Shown: piece after piece, positions 10,546-32,566 of the stretch | Numbering within the stretch: position 1 is the first letter of the stretch | Layout of the letters: every line of letters begins with the position of its first letter | Source: Macrostomum lignano | Lineage: Eukaryota | NCBI GenBank assembly: GCA_002269645.1 | Contig: NIVC01000636.1 | Location: forward strand, 124,001 to 188,000 | Reading direction: 5' to 3' | DNA: 64,000 nucleotides | The notes under the pieces: model-generated | Seen by the model: only the letters and a program-made list of their open reading frames with translations | What the model was told of the DNA's origin: nothing | Database searches by the model: none | Translations under genes and position numbers: made by a program

Positions 10546-12850
10546 TTTGTGTATTCTATTAGTTCGTTTTTGCATCATTGTTATTGAATTATTATTTTGC
10601 ATTAATTTAGTCACGTTTTCAATGTATTTTTTTTTCTTGTTAGAGTTTATTTTGCGTAAACAGGTTAGAAGTTAGACGCCAATTCTGTGACTCAGCGGAG
10701 GGTTGAGTTTTTCTGCAAACCCCGGCTTTGCGCGGCCAGCCAATCAGAACCGGCCTGGACCCTGGCACGCGTCAAAATCCAAGTCTACCCGGCTCCGCGG
10801 GCACAGTGCAAATCAGCTTAGCGAGCGGCCGGCCAGACGACCACCACCCGGCTTGAGGGGGGGTTTTGAGGGTCTGACAATAACTATATATGAAAGTGTG
10901 TTTGGCAATCGGATCTCACTTTTTTCTCTCCCTTCTTTCCCCGGTTCTTGGTTTTGTCCAGCTTCCCGGCCGCTTGCCCGATTGTTTTTGGTTCGCCCTT
11001 TGAGGCGCTTGAGTTCAGCACCCCGGTCCATATTTTTGTCCCCTGCCCGACCGCTTCAGTCTTGTAGCGTAACGTCTACGGCAAATTTCTGTCTGAAGTC
11101 GTCGCTATCAAGCGCGGTTAGATAGAGACTGTCGGATTTGACCAAGTACGTGGCCTCGACCCAGAGGGCCTCAGTGTCACACTGAAGGGCAGCGCTGATA
11201 GAACTTAGTCAGTGCTCCGTTAAACGGTCAATTCGGCAGGGCTCTCGTTTGAGTGTAGGTTCTGGTTTAGGCTAGGGGTTAGGAGTCCTCCGTGTCGTGT
11301 TCGGTTTCTTCTTCTTCCGCTGAGATCCGCTTGCCAATTGCGTAATTAATTATTAATCGTTGTATCGTTGTTTTCATCGGTTCGAATTATCTGCACCGCG
11401 AATTACGTTAAGAATCTTGTAACTTTATTAATCAAATTAAACCGTCAATAAAATTTAGTCATTCTTGAACCAGGATTATCAGTCTCTAAATCTATTCGGT
11501 TCGTCTTCCCCTGTGTTCTTTCTTTTCTTGTACTGTACCTGCGGCTATTGGAGAAAGACTGGTAGGACTCGCCGACCGGCGATGGGCAATTAGGGCCAAT
11601 AGCTTTAAAATCTCCGAACGCTCCAAGTAGGTTTGTCTACGGCCTAAATAATTGCTTATCGTGCATGCTATATACATTTATTGTATCTATCACAATGGTG
11701 CGGCAGTTGACAGCGCGGCGGCGCTTGTCTCCGTGATGCGTTACCCTTAAGAGTCAGATGAGGGTGAGGGCAGTCCGCCAAAAAAGTCAGTTACATGTAG
11801 GTCACACCTGAGCATGCTCTTCGAGACCAGCTTTTGACTAGCGCTCCGTTAGCAGAAGCCATATAGTGCGGAGTAACTGGCTTGGCATAGTAGGAAAGGT
11901 CCTGATTTTTCGTGTTTTTCCCAACTAAATTCTGTGAGCTCTGTGTCCCTGAATAACGGGCTGAATGCTGAGCAAGGAGACTAAATGTCTGTTCACTATG
12001 TGCTCGTACTAGACATCTAAGATCATATTATATGGCTCATAGCTGCCTGCTAGAGAGCACCTTGTTCTTTTGCGTCAGTACAGAGTGAGCTGAAGTTGAG
12101 GCATCGTGCAGTCGATAAGAGTTCGGAAGGTGTGAGTGTCCGAGCAGGCATTCCAGGCAACCTGTCTTCACCCCAGAGTTGTGAGCCAACTCAAATGCAC
12201 TTGCGCTTATCAATGAACAGAAGCCCAGTGTCAGATTTGCGTCGTATTATGCATTATTATATTAGCAATGCAAATTTTCCATGTTCGGATGCGAATGCGC
12301 AATTAAGCACATTAGTCGCCCATCAGCTTCTTTCAAATTTATGACCCGGTAACACGTAGCAGATCTCTGATAAAAATAGCAAATCTGTCAGGATATCAGC
12401 CGACGACTTCCATTGACTCGTCGTCAACTCCAAAAAACGACTCATCCATAATCCATAGGAAGAAACCTCTTGAACAGATACTCGTACGTGCAATTGGAGA
12501 CACAACGCGCAACGTGCAATAAAAGTAAAAAAATAACAATTCGCTAAATTATAACACCAATAACGCACGATTCATTAATCGAAAAGCGGTTTAAACTGGT
12601 TGAAGTGTAAGCTGCACTGAATTATCTCAGAACACCGATTTCTGCGTGTCTTGCACGGTCGCAGCCGATCGAAAACACCGTGAAAAGCACGATTAAATCA
12701 ATTTTACCGTAGCAGAAGCGATCTCGCATGCAAACAAAGCTGTCAACACATGCCGATCTTCCCATCCAGCTTGACTTTGAGCCCTTGGCAGCATAAATTC
12801 GTGAGCATTGAGGAAGACAAAGCAAGCCTTAGTGAAGACCAGCACAAACC

Positions 12851-13646
12851 ATGCTGAAGCTGCTCATTGTCGCCTGCGCCCTCGGCCTGGCCTCGGCCAT
12901 GCCCGACCCGTACGTCCTGTACGGTAGGACCGCCAGTCAGGGCCAGTTCCCGTTCGCCGCGTGGCTCGGTTCCTGCTCCGCCTCCATCCTGGACAGCCGC
13001 ACCGTCCTCACCGCCGGTCACTGCGTGTGCCGCTCCAAGCCGACCTCCGTTCTGTTCGGCGCCGTTCAGGGCAACAACCCGGAGTCCGGCTCCCGGAGGT
13101 ACAGCCTGGACACCAGCCGGCAGGTCATTCATCCACGCTACACTAGCTGCGGCACCATTGGCAAGTGAGTATTCCACACAGACGCTGTTTTGCTGGTTAG
13201 TTCTGCCGCTTTAGGCGTTATCACTTGATAAAAACTCATTGGCCAAAATACCACTGACCCACAGGGATGACATCGCCATCCTGAAGACCACCACGGCAAT
13301 CTCCTTCACCTCCGTCATCGGCGCAATCACTTTGCACACATCCGCCACCTCTGTCGGCCAGAGCATCACCATCGCTGGCTACGGCCAGGACGAGAACAGG
13401 CGGTCCGGCGTGCTGAAGTACGCGACCAGCACCGTGGAGAGCTGCAGGCGCTTCATCGGCGCCGTCTGCCAGTCGATGAGCCCGAACAGCCCGTACTACG
13501 GTGACAGCGGTGGCCCGCTGTTCATCACCGTGAGCGGCCAGCCCCGCCAGGTCGGTGTCGTGTCCGGCGGTGACTTCAGCAACAACCAGGCCATCTACGG
13601 CAACGTGTACGACAATCTGAGCTTCATCCGCGGGCTCATGGGCTGA
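12851..13646 (+). CDS. Secreted S1-family (chymotrypsin-like) serine protease, copy 1, 231 aa
   Basis: Exons 12851-13164 and 13265-13646 (GT..AG, phase 2; 696 nt). Signal peptide MLKLLIVACALGLASA; triad motifs TAGHC, DDIAI, GDSGGP; AATAAA near 13680. Confidence 0.93.
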
Positions 13647-14828
13647 GCCTATGGTGCAATGTGCTGCATGCTGTGTTCTAATAAATAAACACGAGTACGA
13701 GTTGCTATCCTAAGCAGCTTTAAACGCTGCAGGTGCGATCGTATATTTTTTGAATCTTCCTAAAAAACCTTATTTTATTTGTGAGTAGAACGCAAAAGTC
13801 ACAGGCTGAAAAATATGCTGGGTTATCCGCGCATTCCACAGTAGTGCGAATACAGAATCGGTTGACCAAAACGTTTTAGCGCTGAAGAACTAACGGGGTC
13901 ATCGGATTATCGAATATACATCACTCGGATTGCATGCGGGTCAATGTACACATGTACAACGCTTGTAAAAACTTTTGTTAGAAATTAACATTCTGTGTAG
14001 TTCGGGGGAAGTGCTTATAAAACTGCACCCGGGCTTCAGTCCGGTTCGTTTCAAGTTTTCCGGACCGAATGAGGACCTGAAATGAAGGGCAACTGGGCTG
14101 CATTCGGTATTCAAATGAACGTGTCTTTGAAGCAATTGAAAGCAAGCACGACCAGCCGGAAGAACTGGAAAAACCGGAACTGTTGATCTTGAGAGTGCCG
14201 TTGCTGAGGTACGGGTTTGACAGAAGCGTGCCCGTGTATTTTGCGGCTAGACTTCACCTCAGAGCGTGAGCTGTAGCTAAGTAGCTTAAGTAGTGTTGTG
14301 GAATGAACCTTATTGTCATAATTATTTGATCTTATATTCGTATTTGATTCGGTATAAGCATTGCAAGTCTTAAAGAAAGAAAAGGAAAGCTGAGGTCTTA
14401 GTAACGTTGGTTGGGAGTTACATGTAAGATCATATGTGTAATTATGTGTAACTGTAAAGAATCAAGGCTAACTTTGAAAGAACGTGCAGCGGTGGGGAGA
14501 GATTTTTCAGAGCATACAAGTAGGTTCATGGTAACTTTAGTGGCAGTGCGTGAAGATCTCAACTAGTCACTTCTATTTGAAACGTTTGTTCTTCAGTTAT
14601 TTAAGCTTTTTGTCGGCTAAGAGTTGATTGTTATTTTCATAAAAAAACTTCCAAGTGAGCGGGCGGCGAGCCAAGCGACACACCCAACTACAATAACTTG
14701 GCGGAGAAAGCTATGGTGCGCTCCAGGTGCACTACCAGGAAGCATGGCGAGTCGTTACACGAAAGAACTTGATTGTTGATGTTGATGCGTGATTGGAACC
14801 AGGCCTCGGCAGTAGCAGTGGAGAAGGC

Positions 14829-14962
14829 GTCAGTCTCCGGTCCTGCAGCACGGCTGCCTCCACCTGACTCACCAGGCTGTCAGTCCGAGCACTCGTTGGT
14901 CGTCAACTGTCTTCTTTGCCGTTGCGAATGGCAATAGCCCAGTGGAGAATCGTCTCATAAGA
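14829..14962 (-). mobile_element. Small mariner transposase fragment in inverted orientation
   Basis: Minus translation CPSYETILHWAIAIRNGKEDS...RPTSARTDSLVSQVEAAVLQDRRLT. 14829-14884 is the exact reverse complement of 17266-17321. Confidence 0.8.
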
Positions 14963-14974
14963 CGGGCAAAAGTC

Positions 14975-16930
14975 TCCTATGGTCTGCCGCATTTCTTCAA
15001 GAATCTCGGTTGCTGAACGCCCCTGAAGGACATGAAACTTGATGATGTTTCATCAAGTTTCACCGAAGGCTCGTTCGACTGAGGACCCTCTTGTTGGCAT
15101 TGCTCCAGGTAGCAACAGCGAAGACGGCCCCGCCCCAGGCGCTTACGCACGGCTCTGGGTTGTTCTCCTTGGCTGAGAATTGCGACGTCGTCGGCATACA
15201 CGTGAGTGCCCGATCCATCAAAATCGACTTGATAATAGTATCAATGAAGAACAGAAACAGCTGGGAGGAGGCAGCACCGAACCCTGAGGAAGGCCTCAGT
15301 TCAGCAGCCTTTAGCTGATGGAGGCGCCTTTAAAGCGGACGCAGGCTTGTCGTCCATTCTGGAGAAAGCTGTAGCGCCATCGAACGACCTACATGGAAAC
15401 GTTCTTGGAGATCATAGTACAGAAAAGGCGCTCACGCCAGACCTTGTCGTAGGTCTTAGAGTAGTAGGGATGGCCATGACCGATTATTGCATGGCGGAGA
15501 GAGCTGGAGTGCATCACTGATGCCCTGGACGAAAGCGACAATGTGGTCCTCGCAGCACCGGAGATCCTCCAGGGGACTCGGCGAGGTAGCTGAAGCGGGC
15601 CACCAGAATCCGTTCCAAGAGCTAAGCCATATGCATGAGGCTAAACTACCGGGTGATAGGAGTTTTTAACAGGTTTTCCGCGTTTGAGCAGGGAAAGGAT
15701 GACGGTGCGGCGCCAGGTTTGCAGACACCAACGTTACCGCTGTGGAAAGACAGATTGAAAATTAAGAGCAGCTCCGAGAGTACCAGGAGATCTTTCAGAA
15801 AGCGAAGCGAACTATCACCCAGACCTTCGGCCCCATTGGCTTGCTTGAGCGCGTCAAAAGAGATCGGAGAGCAACTCTCATCATTGACACTGGGGGAGCG
15901 AAGCAGCTTTTTGGTTTTCTGACGTCGGTTCTCACCGCCATGTCGTAGGAATGACGGCCGTGCATTCCTTGATGAAGGCCTCCGAATTGAACTTACGCCC
16001 GTATTGTCGGAGAGAGTCCGGCCGGTGATGAATCAAAGCTTCGTTGGTGGACTGGCTGTCAAGGGAGCAGCTGAGGGAACGTATGAGTCGTCACGCTTTA
16101 GAGGGTCCTAACAGCTAGAGGTCCGCGTTCGTCAGAAACTCATTCCAAAGTTGATTCTTGCCTCCCTGGAGCGCGAGCGCAGCGACCATGCAGGTCTGAA
16201 GTCACTCGGCGCGCTGGGCCGGCAGCTGGCGACGAAGCAGCTTGTAGCGCTTGACAGCCGCTCTAGCGTTGTGAATGAGCCACGGGCCGGTCGGGCGTTT
16301 AGCGGAGATTTTTCCACGTGAGTGTTTGCGGGCCGGCTGGTGGATTTTTCGAGCAGGACAGGAGATTTGGATGATAATCTAGTAGTGGTCGAAGCCGAGG
16401 TCATCTGAGGTCAACAATTCACATTTCTCATGCCAGGCGCTGCATGTCAGTCCGTAGACGCAGCGGGGAGGCGATCGCCGCCCATTCCGCTGATGCACCA
16501 GCTAACCTCTGGAGATCTGAGACTGCCTGTCTTGCGGTTAACTCAGGTGGAAGAGCTGTTGTTTAGTAGGACCTGATCGCAGCTGACCCGCTAGTCCAGC
16601 AGGGCCTCACCGCGAGGATCCGGAGCCTGCAATGGGTCCCAGAGCGAAGCGTGCGCATTAAATTCGCCCAGCCCAAAATCAGCGTTGCCAAGGAGCGAGC
16701 TCCAGTCTTGGGGTACGGTAGTGCCAACGCCGTGAGCCAAAGAGGGGGGGGGGGTAAATTTTGTCAACGGTGACAGATTTTTGGGGCCGATGAAGATTTG
16801 AACGCAAATAATTTTACAGCTGACAGCCGCGGTCCTCGGCCGGAGTTCAACGTGCCGGAAGGCCAGGAAGCAGAAAGGTGTTCGTGTGCCAGGGTGGCGA
16901 ACGCGCAGCAACCGACCTGAGATGGGCGAT
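14975..16930 (-). pseudogene. Degenerate LINE ORF2 (AP endonuclease + reverse transcriptase)
   Basis: LGEFNAHASLW (16651-16670) and DDLGFDH (~16385-16405) endonuclease motifs; YHPVSLASCMA*LLERIL and TYDKVWR RT motifs (~15430-15660); YADD at 15187-15198. Many frameshifts. Confidence 0.75.
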
Positions 16931-17193
16931 CAAGGCGGACTACAGAGTAGCCAGGGATGTGAGGGGTGGCGTTGTTCTCTTTGAGTTTGCTCTCTTAGAT
17001 GTTGATAATAGATAACTGCGAAAATGCAATGAAGTTGAGCAGTTCGGTAAGTCTAGAAGACAACTCATCAGCAGCAGTGAAGAGACGGGTGAGCGGGCGT
17101 GGAAGGCCACGTGGATGATCAGTCGGCTTTTTGGTTGAGTTACGAGTGGTGTCGCGCAGCACTTCTGGATCTGGCGCATTCCAGATCTGACCC

Positions 17194-18198
17194 ATGGCGC
17201 ATTTCGTCCCGCGAGAGAGTTTTTCTAAACGAGACAATCGAGCGATCATCGAGTTTCATGTCCTTACTGACAGCCTGGTGAGTCAGGTGGAGGCAGCCGT
17301 GCTGCAGGACCGGAGACTGACCACCAGGCAGCTGGCTGATGCCATAGGGGTGTCCCACGACTCAGTCCACAAGATCCTGACCGAGGACCTTGGGATGCGC
17401 AAGGTCTGTGCCAAGTGGGTGCCGCATCTGCTCACTGACGATCAGCGGGCTCGGCGGGTCGCCATGTGCGCATCCAACCTGCAGCGGTGTCGGCGGGAGG
17501 GCATGGCGTTCCTGCAAAGGATCGTTGCCTGCGACGAAACCTGGGCGCATTCTTGGGAGGCTGGGTTGAAGCGGCAGAGTGCCACATGATGCAGGCCAGG
17601 TTCTCCGCGACATCAAAAGGCCATCCGGAGCATCGGCCAGTGGAAGGTCATGCACGTGACTTTCTTCGACCGGGAGGGTCTGTTGTTCGATCAGCCTGTG
17701 CCAGTGGGGCAGACGGTCAATGGTGATTTCTACCTGTCGGTTCTGGTGAAAGTTCGGCGTGCCATTCGGGACAAAAGGCCTGCACTTCACGCGGCTGGCC
17801 AGATTCTGCTTCACGACAACGCAGCCCCGCACCGAAAGCGTGCTGGCTACGATCGAGTCGTGGGGTGGGAAATTCTTCCACATCCGCCTTATTCCCCGGA
17901 CTTAAGTCATGCGACTTTTTCCTCTTTCCTCGCATCAAGGAGTCGATGCGGGGCCAGCGTTTCAGCGCAGAGGAAGACGTGAATCGGGCCTACAAGGCTG
18001 GCATTGCCGCCGTGACGAATAATGGCATGACTGCAGGCATTGACGGGCTGGTGCGGCGTTGGGAGAAATGCATTGAAGCTGAGGGCTCATACTTTAAGTG
18101 AATAGATGTTAAGGAAGACATTTGTAACTTCTCATGTTTCTACTGTTTATCGTTCTCAAGTTATTACAATATACACAGAACTTTTCTGACAACCCTGA
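17194..18198 (+). mobile_element. Defective mariner (DD34D) transposon
   Basis: MAHFVPRESFSKRDNRAIIEFHVL start, WVPHLL, IVACDETW, LLHDNAAPH, HPPYSPDL and CDFFLFPRIK in three frames (17194-18101). TIR-like end gaacttttctgacaaccctg at ~18179-18198. Internal deletion in the HTH region. Confidence 0.88.
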
Positions 18199-18755
18199 GA
18201 GCACAGAGGACCACTAGCATCATATGGACGCACAAAAGACCACTATTTTTGCGACGTGAAACCCAATGCAAGAAGATCCGCCAATTAACGCGCAAAATCG
18301 GGAAGAAATCCAAATATCCTGTTTTGAACTGATGGTTTCAATGTGGCATACAGCATAATCACATAATAATAGGGTTAAAAAACTGCTACTCCCCTGCTGC
18401 TACTGGCGTGGACTCTACAGTGTCGACAGTAACCCAGCAGTCCGTGACTTTTGAAAGCTTTTCCACCATTGCAGTCAGCTTGCGCTACGCGGGCCAAAGT
18501 CCCAGCACCGCTCCGATCGCTTCGCCCACGCTGCCACGCTTCCAACGCCTGCCAGCATGAGCGCCTATCTCCATTTGTCCGCAGAGTCACGTTCTCTGCG
18601 CTTTGCCTCGACTCCACATACGTCAAGGGGCTCTGCAACGGACAGCTGAAGCGATAAGCAGACCAGAGCTGGTAGCACATGCTGAACTCCCATCCGATCT
18701 TCTATATATTCGGCCCAAAAATGGAAGCCATTCATTGAAACCACACGTTTAGACC

Positions 18756-19536
18756 ATGCTGAAGCTGATCATTGTCGCCTGCGCCCTCGGCGTGGCCTCG
18801 GCTTTGCCCGACCCGTACGTCCTGTACGGCCAGACCGCCGAACAGGGCCAGTTCCCGTTCGCCGGCTGGCTCGGCTTCTGCTCCGCCTCCATCCTGGACC
18901 GCCGCACCGTCCTCACCGCCGGCCACTGCGTGTGCCGCACTCGCCCGACTTCTGTTCTGTTCGGCGCCGTGCAGGGCAACCGGCCCGAGTCCGGCTCCAA
19001 GAGGTACAGCCTGGACACCAGCCGCCAGGTCATCAACCCGAAGTACACACAGTGCAACACGGTTGGCAAGTGAGTACAGTTTAAGATTCTAGCTTCCAAG
19101 AGAGTACCAATTATTGCACTCAAAGGCCATAAAAATAATCCCAAAACTGCTCAGGGACGACATCGCCATTGTGAAGACCACCGCTGATATCGAGTTCACC
19201 GACTTGATCAAGCCGATCGTTCTGTACGAAGCCGCCACCTCTGTCGGCCAGAGCGTCACCATCGCTGGCTACGGCCAAGACGAGAACAGGCGGTCCGGCG
19301 TGCTGAAGTACGCGACCAGCACCGTGGAGAGCTGCAGGCGCTTCATCGGCGCCGTCTGCCAGTCGATGAGCCCGAACAGCCCGTACTACGGTGACAGCGG
19401 TGGCCCGCTGTTCATCACCGTGAGCGGCCAGCCCCGCCAGGTCGGTGTCGTGTCCGGCGGAGACTTCAGCAACAACCAGGCCATCTACGGCAACGTGTAC
19501 GACAATCTGAGCTTCCTGAAGGCCAACTTCGAGTAA
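18756..19536 (+). CDS. Secreted S1-family serine protease, copy 2, 231 aa
   Basis: Exons 18756-19069 and 19155-19536, with the same exon lengths and phase as copy 1. TAGHC, DDIAI, GDSGGP; AATAAA near 19576. Confidence 0.93.
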
Positions 19537-19743
19537 CTCACTCGAACCTGGTGTACATGTACACCGTACGAGTGCAATAAAAGAGAGTGCCAATTATCCG
19601 GGCCGCTTGTGCTTGCATGGTTGAGCTGGCTTCTCTGAAGCAAAACTTTGCTTAATTCGCTTTACTTTTATTTTTTATGCTTCCGGCTCTAAGAGCAGCT
19701 CAGTCATGATAAATATGAGCACTGAGCAACATAGAATAGCTGG

Positions 19744-20018
19744 TACTGATGATACTGATGATACTGATGATACTGATGATACTGATGATACTGATGATAC
19801 TGATGATACTGATGATACTGATGATACTGATGATACTGATGATACTGATGATACTGATGATACTGATGATACTGATGATACTGATGATACTGATGATACT
19901 GATGATACTGATGATACTGATGATACTGATGATACTGATGATACTGATGATACTGATGATACTGATGATACTGATGATACTGATGATACTGATGATACTG
20001 ATGGACTGATGATACTGA
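19744..20018. repeat. 9-bp tandem repeat (GATACTGAT)n, about 29 copies
   Basis: Seen directly. Explains the DTD/ILM/SII ORFs. Confidence 0.98.
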
Positions 20019-22216
20019 GATTTATTTTTTAGCGTCAAAGTTCCAATATCTTGACTTCTAAATACCAAATGAAGCAAACAGGTGCTTGTCTACAGTGCAA
20101 GCAAAAGTTTATGAAGCAATTTTTCATGAAATGCTACCTGCAGAGACCGGCAAGCAAGCAAAGTTCAAGCAAAGAATTTTGGCGACATGTTCATCTGAAC
20201 GGCAAGCTGTGACAAAAATCTGAAAGTGATCATGCACTCGCCGAACGTCCTTTAGCGTGATGTACAGTGTGCAGTCCAGGCGACGACAGATTGCCTGCAA
20301 CGACACGCCAGGTGCGCAAAGAAGTTCGGCTTCGAGCTTCTCCTTCATCCCCATCAGTGTTCTTTTAAAAAAATCGAGTGACAGCATCCAACATTGGTGG
20401 TGTAAATTTTGTCCTGAAGGCTCCTCCTTGTTGCCTCAAAGCTCTTCATTGGCAAACCTGTGGATGCTTTTGCAGCCGTTCTCGATACTGCAGCAAACGT
20501 GCGCTCGTATGCTAAAATGGAAGTCACTTTTGCCAAAGTTGAGCTTGAAATGGTAAAATACGTTTTCAAACTTTTTGAACCCGTGCGATACTGCCGCCAG
20601 GACCGACTTCTTCAGATTCTTCTGCCAAAGGCTGGAGTCAAAGCACAGCTATTGTAGGCTGAAAAGAACTTCAGCTTGGCGCTCTCGCATGGAGAATTTG
20701 GTTTTTCCACCATGCAAGCTTTTCGCGCCACACTCTATACTTCTTACTTATTAGTAGACGAACACCAACATGTGAATGGACAAACTTGCATTTTTTATTA
20801 GAGGTTGTTTTGTATTATGCGAAATTCGGGCTTGTTTAAAATTGTATCTTCTTGCACAGACTTTCAAGTTTTTAGTCCCGACTCCACAACAGGCCTCCGC
20901 GCCGTCTGAAGGACCTGATCGGGACCTTCGAAACGACGAATCAGTCTCTGGACCCATTCATATTGCGAATACCTGCCGCTGGCGCTGCAGCCTTCCGAAT
21001 ATTCTATGACCCAACCATTTTATGAAGCAATAATTTAATGACCCAGTAGTTCAATGACAACAATTTTTATAGTGACCCATTAATTATCCATCACCCATTA
21101 CTCCATTAATCACAACCTAACCATAAGCCAACCATTCTATGACGCAATCTTTCTGTCCCAGTAATTGTTGACCCAGCCATAGTGACGCAAAGCCGCCAGC
21201 CTGAACTTCAGCTCAACAAGACGGGAAGCCAGCGAGTTGATTAGCAAAGCTCGGCTGTTCGCGTGTATTTCAAATCCGCGAGCCGGCGGCCCGGGACCGA
21301 GCAGAAATCTTCAAAGATCAGAAAATCTCGCTAACAGAGCGCTTCTTCTGTAGTTCAACTTTTGCTTGCCGTAGAAAAAAAAGCCTCGAAACGAGCCGGG
21401 CACGCCACTTTAAAAATGAACTGCGCTGAGAACAAAGAAAGAAAGAAGAAAACAGCAACAATTTAGTAATATTAGAACGCGTATGAAAAAAGTTAAAGCA
21501 ATAAATCAGAGATTGACAGTCTTGAGAAGGACTCGCCGAGGTTAAAATATCAAGCCAAAAATGGGAGATGGGAGAAAATATCCGGCAAACTCTTTGCAGA
21601 TAAGCGGCGGCAGACAGACAAAAAATGTGCTTAGCATTTGGGAAGTTAAAGCGAGTTGGACAGTGTGCGATGCATAAGAGCTGGGGCCGCCGCTGTGCGC
21701 AACTGGTCCGGCCGCTTCTGGCGGACTTGTCAATCAATCAGTATTATAAAAATGAAGAAGCGCGGGGATCGGGGGCCGGAGGGACGGGCCGGCGGGGCGC
21801 TGAGACGCTAAAACTGAGCGGATGAGGCGATGAGTACAGCGGCGGCTACGAGTATCGGGGATTAAAAACTGCGCGATGAAGCAATGACGTGATACCGTGA
21901 GTCGAGAGAAAAAGCAGAGGCTGGGGGCGGGGGCGGGGCAGCATCAGCGGCGGGTGTCAGAAGCCGGGGCTGGGCGATTATTTACAGAGCAGGAGCCGGC
22001 CAAGGGGACGCGCGAGCGACGGCGGAGCTCTTCTGTCGGTGGGATCTGCAATGCGGAGGCGAAGGCTGCGCTACTGCCGCAGGCTGACAAACGGGTAGGG
22101 GGGGGGGGGCATTCCGGGGATCGAGTCTCATGCAGGTCGGGAAAGCAGAGTCAGAGCGGCCAGGCAATTTGAGTAGCGAGTTAGTGCGGCTCCCCGACCC
22201 CAGCCCACCCGGACAA

Positions 22217-31642
<9,426 letters not shown>

Positions 31643-31844
31643 GAAGAAGCCGGGGTCCAGCGCCAGCTGCCCGCCGCCGGGGGCCCCCAGGCCGGCTCCG
31701 CCAAAGGCGTCCAGGATGGCCGCTTCGGTGCCCGCTTCCTGTGGGTTGCGCCGCACAACGGGTGCAGGGAATCGAATGCAGTCTTCTTTAAACCAAAACT
31801 AGACCAAACCAATGTGCTCAAAGCACCCTAAAACAATGCTCATA

Positions 31845-31960
31845 GACTATAACCAATGCCCAGACTATAAACCAATGCACATAGACTATAAACCAATGCA
31901 CAGACTATAAACCAATGCATATAGGTGCATATAAAACCAATGCACATAAACTATAAACCA
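31845..31960. repeat. Short ~20-bp tandem repeat, about 5 copies
   Basis: agactataaaccaatgc(a/c)ca units. Confidence 0.8.
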
Positions 31961-32566
31961 CAGGCCCATAGGCTATAGCCAGTGTTTATCGTCAATAAAC
32001 CAAATGCACCCATCGCATACTCCAGATTTCTGAATCATGAAATTTTCGCCTCTGAAGCTAGAGAAAAGTTTCCCAGCGATCCGCGCCAACTCGAAACATT
32101 AGTAAAATATTTAGTTATATAGATTTTTACGCTTGCGTACGCGCGCTTTGGTCAAAAGCCTCTTTATTCCCGATTGCTCCGAGAACTGCGACCAGCGCTA
32201 CGCCATCGCGCTTTCCCCTTTCAATTTTCTTCCCCATTCCAGCTGCTCGCCATCCCGGGATTTAGAGATTTCCGCGTGGGCCGGTTGAGCAGAGAAAGAC
32301 GAAATATAATTTCTAGAAGTGACTCAGTTCGAGTTTGAAAAGCTTTGGGCAAAAATGCAGCGGGAAAATGTCATAGCCTTCTCTCCAGTGTGCAGGAATC
32401 CAACTCACTTCGCTGCTTGGCGACGGGATCTTTTTCCCTGCAGTTGCTTTGCGTGTCACTTTGCATTTGCTTCATCCTAATTTGGCTGCATCACCCAGTT
32501 TCCGTTGTTTGAATTGGATTTTTGCCGCTACGACGTACATCCAACTAAGAGACATAAGCGCCATTA

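Noticed and set aside
10700-11900. Possible retroelement leader/gag remnant with ggttagg-like motifs
   Set aside because: No recognisable protein motif or terminal structure; cannot be classified by eye.
19700-20077. DTD/ILM/SII repeat ORFs, and similarly EAS/LVR ORFs at 24298-24634
   Set aside because: Frame-open translations of 9-bp tandem repeats.
20120-20700. Possible decayed transposase (DTAANV, WWCKFC fragments)
   Set aside because: Motifs are too short and lie in different frames; no TIRs seen.
20920-20945. Hammerhead-ribozyme-like ctgaagga...cgaaac
   Set aside because: The core does not match CUGANGA and the flanking stems do not pair.
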